64,000 bases of DNA, taken from Octopus vulgaris. Lineage: Eukaryota. The stretch covers positions 74,524,001 to 74,588,000 of the forward strand of contig OX597822.1 in assembly GCA_951406725.2 (NCBI GenBank), written 5' to 3'. Below, in pieces: positions 52,668-63,817 of the stretch. The notes beneath the pieces are model-generated. The model was not told the origin of the DNA and ran no database searches. It saw nothing but the letters and a program-made list of their open reading frames with translations. The translations under genes and the position numbers were made by a program. How positions within the stretch are numbered: the stretch's first letter is position 1; every line of letters begins with the position of its first letter.

Positions 52668-52872
52668 AGGCAGCGAGCTGGTAGAATCATTAGCATGTCC
52701 GGCAAAATGCTTAGTGGCATTGCATCTGTCTTTACTTTCTGAGTTCAAGTTCTGCTGAGTTCAACTTTGCTGTTTGTTCTTTCAGGATCATTGAATAAAG
52801 TACCAGTTACACACTGGGATCAATTTCTCTGACTGACCCCTCCCCACAAATTTCAAGCCTTGTGCCTTTAGT
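52668..52872 (+). mobile_element. Second SINE family (GGCGAGCTGGCAGAATC head)
   Basis: Copies at ~5445-5715(+), 15365-15570(-), 30745-31180(+), 48990-49170(-), 60520-60850(-). Confidence 0.75.
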
Positions 52873-55819
52873 AGCAAAGTAGCTATTAGCAACAGAAGCA
52901 CCCTTTGTAATGAATGTTAATTAGAACGTTCAACTTAACACGGATATGTTGTTAAGAACAGCATAGACTGCAGTAATCTTTATGAGATATCCTCTTGTAT
53001 AGACATTAGGTTCTATAAATAACATAAATCATATCTATACTTTTTATAACACCTAATATCTATCAATGTTCAAAATGACACATCCAAGTTAAGAAGGATG
53101 TACCAATTAATATTCAGTCATTTATTAAATTGATTTAAGTATTCAATCTTTTAGTTTTAACTTTGATATCCTTTAGTGCTGTACTTCTAAACCAGGGTCC
53201 AAATAAGATTTTGTTGTTAAAATTTATAAGCAATAAATTGCTTGTACTTACTTCTACAAAACATAAAATATTTTATAGTGTTTTTTTTATGCAATTCTTA
53301 ATAATGTTTAATCATAAAAATACCACAGGATTTTTTTTTATATAATAAGGTGCAGGAGTGGCTGTGTGGTAAGTAGCTTGCTTACCAACCACATGGTTCC
53401 GGGTTCAGTCCCACTGTGTGGCACCTTGGGCAAGTGTCTTCTACTATAGCCTCAGGTCGACCAAAAGCCTTGTGAGTGGAATTGGTAGACAGAAACTGAA
53501 AGAAGCCCATCATATATATGTGTGTATATGTTTGTGTGTCTGTGCTTGTCCCCCTAACATCACTTGATAACCAATGGTGGTGTGTTTATGGCCCTGTAAC
53601 TTAGCGGTTCAGCAAAAGAGTATGATAGAATAAGTCCTGGGGTCGATTTGCTCGACTAAAGGGGTGCTCCAGCATGGCAGCAGTCAAATGACTGAAACAA
53701 GTAAAAAAGTAAAGGGGGTGCTGAAAAGTTCCTGGCATTGGGTAAAAGAAAATACAGGAGGATCAGTTAATTATGATTTTATTCAACATATTCCCCTCTC
53801 AGATTCACATATTTATTACAGCAGTCCTTCAGTTTTTCTAAGCCCTATAAAAGAACTTGGAAAGTTAGGCCTCCAACCAGGCCTTTAGTGATACGATACC
53901 GTTAAAGCCAGGAACTTTTCAGCACCCCATTGTACATCGAATGACTATGGGGATCTAGTAGAGTGAAATAGGAATCAAAGGGCTCCATAGACAAAAAACA
54001 GTTGAGAACCACTGTTTTAGGGTGCTAAACAAAAAATGTTACAGATTTTCTTTTATAATGTTTTTGCCACCTGACTAGCTCCTGTGCCCGTGACATGTAA
54101 AAAGCACCATTCAAGCATGGTTGATGCCAGTGCTGACTGACTGGCTCCTGTGCTGGTGATACATAAAAAGTACCATTCAAGCATGGTTAATGTCAGTGAC
54201 ACCTGACTGGCTCCCATGCAGATGGTATGTAAAAAGCATCATTTGAGCAAGATCAATGCCAGTGCTGCTTGACTGGCTCCCATACTGGTGGCACATAAAA
54301 ACCACCACTTGAGCATGGTCGATGCCAGTCCCACCTGACTGGCTCCTGTGCCAGTGGCATGTAAAAAGCATCATTCGAGTGTGGTTGTTGCCAGTCCTGC
54401 TTGACTGGCTCCCATGCCGGTGACATGTAAAAAGCACCATTCAAGCGTGGTCGATGCCAGTACTGCCAGTGGCACGTAAAAAGCACCCCCTACACTCTCA
54501 GTGGTTGGTGTTAGGAAGAGCATCCAGCTGTAGAAACCTTTCCAGATCAGATTGGAGCCTGGTGCAGCCCCCCGGCTTGCCAGTCTTCAGTCAAACCATC
54601 CAACCCATGCCAACATGGAAAGCAGATGTTAAACGATGATAATGATGATGATGATAGTTTATTTCTTTTGCATTCTTATATTTTCATAGACTTTTGATTA
54701 AAACAGTTCTTTTTTAAATTTCCAAAGTCTTGTTGTTTGCTTGCTTGAAGTTGGTTGTGTGGTTAGATGCAGGCATGGGTGTGTGGTTAAGAAACTTACT
54801 TTGCAGCTAAGTGGAACAGGGTTCAGTCCCACTGTATGGGAACATTGCAAGTGAATTTGCTAGACAAAAACTGTGTGGAAGCCCACCATATATGTGTGTG
54901 TGTGTGTACACATACTCCACTTTGCAACTGGTGTTGGTTTGTTTATGTCCCCATAACTTGTTGCTCAGCAAAATAGTCCGACAGAATAAATACCAGGCTT
55001 AAAAATAAGTACAGAGGTCAATCTGTTTGGCTTAAAAAGAAAACCTTTAGGATAGTGCCCCAGCATGGCCACAGTCCAATGAATGAAACAAGTAAGAAAA
55101 ATGCCTCAGAGACACAGTTATGTTCTTTAAAGTCAAACTTCAACAGGTTTGAATGGCACAAAATATCCTGATGACTTCCATTAACTGTCCATGTTGTGTG
55201 CTTTCAATCGATGTCAGAAATATTTGATTAATTTGAAACACAGGAGTTCAAGTCCAAGAGGGAGTCGATGTCGATGGTACCATAAATTGATAAATCAATG
55301 TCTGCGTCAATACTGAATCAGTCACTTCTTGTTTTCATGTATTGTGTTTGAGAAGTTTTGATGAGGTTATCAATATCTGGTGTGTTATTTCTTTTGTATT
55401 TCTTTTTTAATTTGCCTTGATGGATGTATTTTTAGCCACACCTGTAATTATTTACTTAGATGCATCTGCTGCTAACTGTGCAATTATTGAATTCTGAAAA
55501 CCTGTACCAGATGTTATCTGAACAGGTGACTTTGATAAGTATATTGCCAGTTGCCAGGGTTTCTGAATGACATCAAAGCTGTTGGTAGATAGACTTTTTT
55601 ATGACATCCAACAGCTGCTATTTATTGTTCATGGTATTGCACAATACTGTTTAGACTGCAATAGTTAAACTAAAGAACTAAATGGGGAAAACAAAAGCAT
55701 ATATAACTAAGCTCAGCTTGGTGGGGGACAATTACTAATAATGTGTCAGGAGTTTTGAAGTAAGCAGAGAATGGTACCAACACCAAACAGAGAGTTTGAT
55801 AGAATAATCAGTCTGAAGT

Positions 55820-56090
55820 CTTGTGGCACTTCACTGTACAAAACTGAGCTTGAGATTCAAGAGAGATCACTGGACATTATCACCCTGGACAAAGTATCTA
55901 AAGAGTGCATCATCATAGATGTGGCTATGCTTGCTGATATGAATGTAGCAGTTAAAGGACGGGGGAAAAAATAAGGAAATACCAGGACTTAGCGAGGTAA
56001 CTGCGAAGACTGTGGAGGGTTTCTGCAAAAGCACTCCTAGTAGTTATGGGTACCTTAGGTACTGTTACCAACAAGCTCGATAGTTTTCTT
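55820..56090 (+). mobile_element. RLE-type LINE endonuclease fragment
   Basis: R.LDII..DK..KECIIIDVA...D then KYQDL...RLW...VVMGTLG (frameshifted PD..D-type motif). Confidence 0.6.
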
Positions 56091-56121
56091 TACTGGGATC
56101 AGCATAATTATAAGAGTTGCA

Positions 56122-56367
56122 TTAACCCTTTAGCATATAGATCTTTCTATCAAATGTAGAGCTTATTTACTCTTTCTCTTTTACTTGTTTCAGTCATTTG
56201 ACTGTGGCCATGCTGGAGCACCGCCTTTAGTTGAACAAATCAAACCCAGGACTTATTTTTTGGAAGCCTAGTACTTATTCTATCGGTCTCTTTTGCCGAA
56301 CCACTAAGTTATGGGGACGTAAACACACCAGCATCGGTTGTCAAGCAATGTTGGGAGACAAACACAA

Positions 56368-56410
<43 letters not shown>

Positions 56411-56815
56411 CGCGACAGCCTTCTTTCAGTTTCCGTTTACCAAATCCACTCACAAGGCCTTTGATCAACCCGAGGCTATAGTAGAAAACACTTGCCCAAA
56501 GTGCCACACAGTGGGAATGAACCCGGAACCATGTGGTTGGTAAGCAAGCTACTTACCACACAGCCACTCCTGCACCTAAACACTGTCATTGTTTTGAATT
56601 AATTATACATTCTATGTGAACCCGAGATCAATGGTTATGGTGGAATCCCTGCCGGATGTCACTTTGATAACCTCTTTTTCACCAACATGAGACTTGGGTT
56701 GAAAGTTCAATAACATTATCACAATAGCTGTGAGAGATCAGATCCGGCTGGTTTGAGCGTAAAACAGATAAAATATTTAGGCTGGATATGACTAGCTTAA
56801 TTGCTAAAGAATTAA
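56122..56815. mobile_element. TTAA-flanked MITE carrying a SINE insertion and the DFPase exon-2 copy
   Basis: TTAACCCTTTAGCAT ... TTGCTAAAGAATTAA; the flanks are homologous to the reverse complement of the 59142 copy. Confidence 0.7.
56608..56701 (+). pseudogene. Degenerate partial copy of DFPase exon 2
   Basis: Translates ILCEPEINGYGGIPAGCHFD---NLFFTNMRLGL; aligns to 58638-58740 with a 9-nt deletion; no AG acceptor at the homologous position; in-frame TAA at 56711. Confidence 0.9.
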
Positions 56816-57006
56816 TATGGATATCTACTCAATTAGGTATAGGAGTGGCTGTGTGGTAAGTAGCTTGCTTACGAACCACATGGTTCCAGGTTCAGTCCCA
56901 CTGCGTGGCACCTTGGGCAAGTGTCTTCCACTATAGCCTCAGGCCGACCAAATCTTTGTGAGTGGATTTGGTAGACGCAAACTGAAAGAAGCCTGTTGTA
57001 TATATG

Positions 57007-57049
<43 letters not shown>

Positions 57050-57920
57050 ATATGTTTGTGTATCTGTGTTTGTCCCCCCAACATCGCTTGACAACCGATG
57101 CTGGTGTGTTTACACCCCCATAACCTAGCGGTTCGGCAAAAGAGACCAATAGAATAAGTACTAGGCTAACAAAGAATAAGTCCTGGGGTCGATTTGCTTG
57201 ACTAAAGGTGGTGCTCCAGCATGGCCGCAGTGAAATGACTGAAACAAATAAAAGAGTAAAGAGAGTATTAGGAATAGCAAGGATTGTTTGAAATTCCTCA
57301 TTATCTAAGGAAAGTAACTGCGTCTCAGTATCAGGGACATTGATTCCTCTCACAGTACATTTGTACATACTTTTCCAATAATAATGGTTCCTAATTTAGG
57401 TACAAGGTCAGGGTATTAATTGGCACCATCAATTCCAGTACTTTATCAGAACTTTATTGTATTGACCCGAGAGAATTTGCGCTAGACAATGCAGTACTTG
57501 CTAATAATACAAAGGCTTTTACTATTTATGAGAACAAGCTGTCCTTTCCCATGGTACGCATGTGAAACTAGGTGGAGAAAGCAGAATATATTAGTCTTTT
57601 GTATAAAGTATTATGTTAGTAACACTAGCTTAATGAATTATTAAGGGTTTTCAAAAGATGAAAAGGTATGCATTAAGGATTGTCTGTTCAATACAGAATG
57701 TTAAGTGACACACATGGAAGTGTGAATGTGATTGAATTTTAAAAAAATGTGATCATGTAGTTATAGGCATGGCTGTGTGGTTCAGAAGCTCATTTTGGAA
57801 CCATGTGGTCTCAGGTTCAGCCCCATTGCCCAGCACTTTGGGTACGTGTCTTTGACTGTAGCCCTGGTCCAACCAATGCCTTGCAAGTGAATGTTGTAGG
57901 TAAAAAGTGTATGGAAGTTC

Positions 57921-57966
<46 letters not shown>

Positions 57967-58106
57967 TATATATATATATGTTTATACACACACACACACA
58001 CACATATATATATTTACCTATATATATGTACATATATATATATATATAATCATTGGCGATTTTTTTTTCCCTCCGTCTTCCCTTCCTTGGATCTTTCCTT
58101 TCCTAT

Positions 58107-58141
58107 GTTTCTGAAGAAGAGCTTTGCTCGAAACGTTAAAC
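58107..58141 (+). ncRNA. Minimal hammerhead ribozyme motif within a ~190-bp repeat (58050-58240)
   Basis: GUUU-CUGAAGA-A-GAGC(UUU)GCUC-GAAACGUU/AAAC. A second copy of the repeat lies on the minus strand at ~34180-34385. Confidence 0.7.
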
Positions 58142-58632
58142 CCTCCTTCTTTTCTGAGTGTCCAATTATACTATACTTGTTCCACGTCCTCATGTTGTTA
58201 TGTTTTCTCTTTGTGTTTTCATGTTCAGATTAACTTTATATATATATATATGTATGTATGTACATATATGTGTGTGTGTGTGTGTCTACCTGTCTGTTTG
58301 TCACTGTTTCTCACTGCTCCCCTACCACTTGACAGCCAGTGTTGGTTTGTTTACACCCTCATAACTTAGCCATTTGGCAAAAAAAAAAGACTAATAAAAT
58401 AAATACCAGATTTATAAAAGCTATGAGTACTGGGGTTGACTTGTTCGACTAAAACCCTTCAGTGTGATGCCCCAGCATGGCCACAGTCCAACAACTGAAA
58501 CAAGTAAAAGACAAACGATATCCTGAAGGTATCAATTGCTATACATAAGAGATAGACTTCCTAGGGCATCGAGAGGCAAATAAATGATGTGTCCTGGTTC
58601 TGTTTCTAATCATATGCCGTTTATTTTGACAG

Positions 58633-58773
58633 AATGCCATTCTCTGTGAACCTGAAATCGACGGTTATGGTGGAATCCCTGCAGGGTGTCAGTTTGATCG
58701 CCTTGATAACCTCTTTGTGGCTGACATGAGACTTGGTTTGCTTCAAGTGAAACTCGATGGAACATATAAACAG
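58633..58773 (+). CDS. DFPase exon 2, 47 codons (NAILCEPEIDGYGGIPAGCQFDRLDNLFVADMRLGLLQVKLDGTYKQ)
   Basis: GYGGIPAGCQ and LFVADMRLGLL match squid DFPase; ACAG acceptor and CAG|GTAAAC donor, phase 0/0. Not listed in the ORF track. Confidence 0.95.
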
Positions 58774-59141
58774 GTAAACTCAATGATTTCCCTTCATTTT
58801 AACAAGCTTTGATCACTTTTCTAGGCTCCCAAGTAGTAAAGATCATTCATGCTATCAATCACACATTTTTTTGTCTTGCTTGTCTTACTATTCATGATGG
58901 CATTCCGCCGGTTAGGGATGAGAACTAATTTCAAATGCAAAATACTATATGCTTTTTCCAGTGACAAACTGTCGCTGGTCTCAAAAACGTGGAAACAAGC
59001 AATAATAAATCTCTTAGCGAGATGTAAAACAATAGCAGCACGACATCATGAAGTATATTTGCCACCTAAATGTGGAGAGATTTATTATTGATTTTTCAAT
59101 TATTTAAATAAAAAAATTCTCCTAGAAAGATAAAAGGAACG

Positions 59142-59863
59142 TTAACCCCTTAGCATTTAAGCAGGCCAAATCCAGCCCAAATATTCTACCTGCCTTACCG
59201 TAAATCCTCGAGTATAATTCACATTTTTTTCCCAAAATTTAAAGGTCAAAATCCCTAGTGCATGCTATATACGAGGTTAAAAATGAAAATTATTTTCTAA
59301 GCAATATCCGAGTCTCTATTTACTGTCCGGCAATGTTTATTGAGACGCATTTTGTTATGTCGGGCGCGAAAAAACCTTAAGCTAAGCCTGAAAGCAATGA
59401 AGTCATAAAAGAATCATCCATAACTTGCAGTAAGTAACAGTTATTAAATGTTATTACTGTTATTTCTTTATTTTCTGCAAACAAAATGCACAAAAAAGCT
59501 ACACATTTGCATTGTTATATGTACAATAATAACAAAGGACATTACCGTATACATTTTTACAAACCAAGGACGTTATATATACCTCCTTGACTCAAGTTAG
59601 AGAAGGGGTGCATATTATACACAAGGTTTAGGTTTTTCAGAGGTACAGCTCCCTAAAAATCCCCTGCGTATTATACTCAAGGGCGGACTATACTCGAGGA
59701 TTTATAGTATGTTAAACCTAATCAGATCTGGATTCTCAAACCGACTCTAAAATGTTATATTGAAAATAAACAATCTTGAAGTTACAACATAATGCATGAT
59801 TAATTGGAAACAATATGAATAAATATTACATTTGCTTGAATAATCCGAATGCTAAATGGTTAA
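59142..59863. mobile_element. TTAA-flanked piggyBac-like MITE (other copies 56122-56815 and ~23775-23996)
   Basis: TTAA-CCCCTTAGCATT ... AATGCTAAATGG-TTAA. Confidence 0.7.
59196..59709. mobile_element. TA-flanked MITE (Tc1/pogo-like) nested in a TTAA element
   Basis: TA-CCGTAAATCCTCGAGTATA ... TATACTCGAGGATTTATAG-TA. Confidence 0.8.
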
Positions 59864-61756
59864 ACTTCCATCTATCTATCAGCGATTTGCAACAATGAAT
59901 GCATAACAACAAACCTGTGGCAGTCCTGTGCCACAGGACTTAATGAGTAAAGTACATTGATTATCTATTGTTAAGTTCATGAAGACTTGTTTTGCAGTGC
60001 GGCTGATAATGTTAGCTTGAGATGCATATAGCAGGTGGTGACAATCATGCTGTTTCCAATGATATAAATCATGTGTAACAGCCACGGTTGTGACAATTGC
60101 TTATTTTTGAAAGTATATGCTTAGCTTTGTTCGATTTAAAAAAAAATTTTGTTGTCATATGTTTTTAAAGGTATTTGAGCCGATTCTTAGCAGGAAGCTT
60201 TATTTTACTTATGAATTGGGTCAGGTGTTTTAAATGTTGATAAAAGAATGTGCTGAGGTGTCATTTGTATGAGATTATATTTAGTTCAAAAAAGGAGACA
60301 CATTAGGTTGTTATTATTACAGACAAGGAAAAACAAATATTAGACAACTGTTCCTTGACTTTCATCCCATTGTAATTGGAAGAGCTGATTAGAGGCTTTT
60401 TATCAAGATATTGTGGGCGGAGCTTGTTAGGTGGCAGTCATAACTGAGGCAGTGATTAGGTGAAAGATTTAGCAAGAAGTGAGCTTGTTGCTATTTCAAA
60501 TATCTCAAAGCAGCTAATATTCTTTTCTACTCTAGGCACAAGGCCCAAAATTTTTTGGGGGGGGGGGCCAGTCGATTAGATCGACCCCAGTACGCAACTG
60601 TTACTTAATTTATCGACTCTGAAAAGATGAAAGGCAAAGCCGACCTCAGTGTTGTTTTGAACTCAGAACATAAAGACAGACAAAATACTACTAAGCATTT
60701 CTCGCCTGGCATGCTAACGTTTTTGTCAGCTCACCACCTTCAGTAGCAAGAATATTCTTTTCTACTGTAGACACAAGGCCCAAAATTTTGTAGGAAGGGC
60801 CCAGTTGATTAGATTGACCCCAGAACGTTTCTGCCAGTTCACTGCCTTCAAAGCAGCTAGTATTGACACAATAGTCAAGTGAACAACTCCTAATAAGGCA
60901 TGTAGCCTAGTGGTTAAGGTGTTGCATTTAGAATTGTATGGTCACGGTTTCAGTTTCTGAATCGGGCAATGTGTTATATTCATGAGCAAAACACTACATT
61001 TTACATTACTCCAGTTCACCTAGTCGTGAGTGAGTAAACCTGTGATGGACTGGTATTTCATCCAGGGAAAGTGTGAATGTGTGTGGCTTAGTGGTTCATG
61101 ATCATAAGGTCGTGAGTTCAATTCCCGATGTTGCATTGTATCCTTGAGCAAGGCACTTTATTTCACATTGCTCCCGTCCACTCAGCTGGTCAGAATGAGT
61201 ATTTCAAAGGGCCAACCTTGTCACACTCTGTGTCATGCTGAATCACCCTAAGAACTACAGTTAAAGGTATACATGTCTGTGGAGTACTCGGCCACTTGCA
61301 TGTTAATTTCACAAGCTTCCACACAGTTTCTGTTCTACTTCCCAAGGTGGTGTACAGTGGAACTGAACCAGAAACCACAGTTGCAAAGCAAGCTTCTTTA
61401 CACGACCATGCCTAGGGTGTGGTATAAGCTTTATTTCTAATAGGTCAAACAACCAAATAAAGGCTTTGGGTGCTGTCTACAGACTTTGAGATAGCAAGCT
61501 AGCTATAAGAAGTGCTTGTACGTCATCACATAGCTGGTATCAGATTAGAATTGGATTTTGAGCTCAATGCTATCTCAATCTTATACATACCAACTAGCTG
61601 GAGTTCACACCTGCTTCTAATCACACAGACTCCATGTTTTAAAATGATCTGAATTAAAACCTTCCACCAGTTTAATTCCTAAACACCTTCCAATTATTAG
61701 AAATATTGCATTTCTAAATCTATCAGAGAGACTTATACAGTAACAGCATTATAAAG

Positions 61757-62184
61757 TGATGGTTTGTTGCCAACCTAATGTGGCAATCCCAGGAAAGGGA
61801 AGAATGCTACTGCTATTTAGCCCCAGGAAACATTGTTTCCAGTTGGCTATGTGACACAAGCGTTCTGTGTTCTTAAGTTTTCAAACAGGGGAGATAAGCA
61901 CCTCCACTCAGCAAAGCCAGCACCCAGAGACTAGTTTCAGAGTCATTGCTCTTCATCAGTCTGGTGTAGCTTGGCCTTGCTAGTTGTCAATGCTTATTTG
62001 CCTTTGAAAACTTATAGAATACCAAGTGAAATAAGTTCACTGATCTACAAAATTAAACGTAATGCATTTCTACAGAATGCTTGTGCCACATAGCCAACTG
62101 GAAACGGTGTTTCCTGGGACTAAATAGCAGTAGCATTCTTCCCTTTCCAGGGACTGCCACATTAGGTTGGCAACAAACCATCAC
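61757..62184. mobile_element. Hammerhead-bearing element with ~110-bp inverted tails (PLE pseudo-LTR-like)
   Basis: 61757-61868 and 62072-62184 are reverse complements flanking the HHR; related degenerate copies at ~22235-22452 and ~29950-30110. Confidence 0.7.
61910..61981 (-). ncRNA. Type I hammerhead ribozyme motif, intact core
   Basis: Minus strand: CCAGA-CUGAUGA-AGAG(CAAUGA)CUCU-GAAAC-UA-GUC/UCUGG. Stem III is the palindrome ACUAGU; stem I extends via AGCAAGGCCA/UGGCUUUGCU. Confidence 0.85.
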
Positions 62185-62299
62185 CTTCCTATTAGTTTAT
62201 ATCCTAAATATCAGCTTAATAAAGATGTGGTTATTTCACTACAAAAAAGCAGTGTATTTCAACAGGAATATGGTAGTAAAAGAGTTAATTCTGTTCTAA

Positions 62300-62915
62300 T
62301 CATTATCATCATTTAATGTCCGTTTTCCATGCTGGTATGAGTTGGACGGTTTGACAGGAGCCACACCAGGTTCCTTAGCCTTTTTTTATTTGGTTTTACA
62401 GAGTGTAATGGGTGCTTTCCATGTGGCACCATCACCAGTGATTTTTACATGACATAAGTGTCCTTCATGAGCAAGAATTACCAAGGTGGTTTTAGGATAT
62501 CAATTCTGTTGTGGTAGGCAAGTCATCTTGAATCCAGTGACATGCCATATACCTCGGTCTTTTGTCATCTTCATTATAAGGCTCAGCATTTTGAGATCGC
62601 CTTCAATACTTCATCTCATGTCTTCCTCTTTAACAACTTCCATCCACTTTAAGTCTTCATCACTTCTTTATGCAATCCTCCTCATCCATACACATCATAT
62701 GGCCAGCCCAGCACAGTCTTCTTTCTTGCTCACTGCATTTAATTCTTCCAATGCACGACCACTCTAACATATGTACACTGACATTACACATCCAGCAGAG
62801 CATACCAGCTTTGTTTCTCTCTAGTTTTTGCATGTCCTCTGCATTCAGGGCCCACATCGCACTTTCATGTTGCATTGCAGTTTTAACACATGCATCATAC
62901 AATCTTCCTTTCACT
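62300..62915 (-). mobile_element. RTE LINE 3' fragment
   Basis: KGRLYDACVKTAM...RRLCWAGHMMCM peptide plus tail. Confidence 0.8.
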
Positions 62916-63239
62916 AGAAGAGAGAGAGAGCTTTGGTTGCCAACAGATATTATTATTTATATTGTTGTTTTAATGACTATTATTGGCAATAAAGGATGAT
63001 GGTTTATTGATTAAACATAATTTGCATCCCTGGGAGAATGTTGTCTGAAGAAATGTCACCTTTGTAAACTGCTTATTTTATACATTCTCATTCCTAAGGT
63101 ATTCTATAGTGCTAAACTGCTAAGCTACAGGGACATAAACAAACAAACACAGGTTATAGAAACAGTAGGGGAGGACAAGCAAAAACACAAAGACAAGCAT
63201 ACACTCACATATGTACACACACACACTGATGTTATTTCC

Positions 63240-63650
63240 CAAGTCCCTGCCTGAGATTGAACTCAGAATCCAAGGGTTAGTAGCCCACGCTCTTATTCAC
63301 TACGCTATATGCCCATAGGCAATTATAGAGTGAATTTTGGGCTTATAAACCTAATATTTTATCTTTTCTTAATACTGGTTCCCATATTACATTCATAACT
63401 GCATTAGATCTGTTTAGGAGGTTATTGTGTCAAAGTATATGTGCAGCCTCTTTTAATAACATCAGAAAACAAATACTTTAAGAATGAGAACAGCATACTC
63501 CTTTACTCAAATAAAGGGTTGGGTTCGAAATTCTGATGAAGGCTGGAGAATACACCAGCCAAAACGTTGTGGTAACAACAAACAAGGTGAGGACATATAT
63601 CCGTCCAATGTAAAGAACGTACATAATTCTTCATCTCAAAAATATAGAAT
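63240..63650. mobile_element. Older divergent copy of the tRNA-head/hammerhead family just upstream of DFPase exon 3
   Basis: tRNA-like head(-) ~63243-63313; HHR(+) CTGATGA-A-GGCTGG(AGAATACA)CCAGCC-AAAACGTT at 63533-63568; family tail to ~63650. Confidence 0.65.
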
Positions 63651-63685
63651 AGTGCTTATTTTATGTGTTACCATTCCATATTTAG

Positions 63686-63817
63686 GTTGCAACATGTGAT
63701 TCGACTGGTCAGTGTATGCAAGGCTGCAATGACTGTGCTTTTGATTATCAAGGAAATCTTTGGATTACAGCTCCAGCAGGAGATATTGCCCCAGCACCAT
63801 TCAGGCGATCAATGGAG
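63686..63817 (+). CDS. DFPase exon 3, 44 codons (VATCDSTGQCMQGCNDCAFDYQGNLWITAPAGDIAPAPFRRSME); gene continues beyond the window
   Basis: MQGCNDCAFDY.GNLWITAPAG matches squid DFPase, including calcium ligand N120; TTTAG acceptor and GTAAGT donor. Confidence 0.95.

Noticed and set aside
54070-54480. Regularly spaced ~60-bp repeats superficially like a CRISPR array
   Set aside because: Whole units are homologous with no unique spacers; they belong to the RTE 3'UTR in a eukaryotic genome.
55165-55255. CTGATGA...GAAACAC candidate hammerhead
   Set aside because: No closing stems or valid cleavage triplet geometry found.
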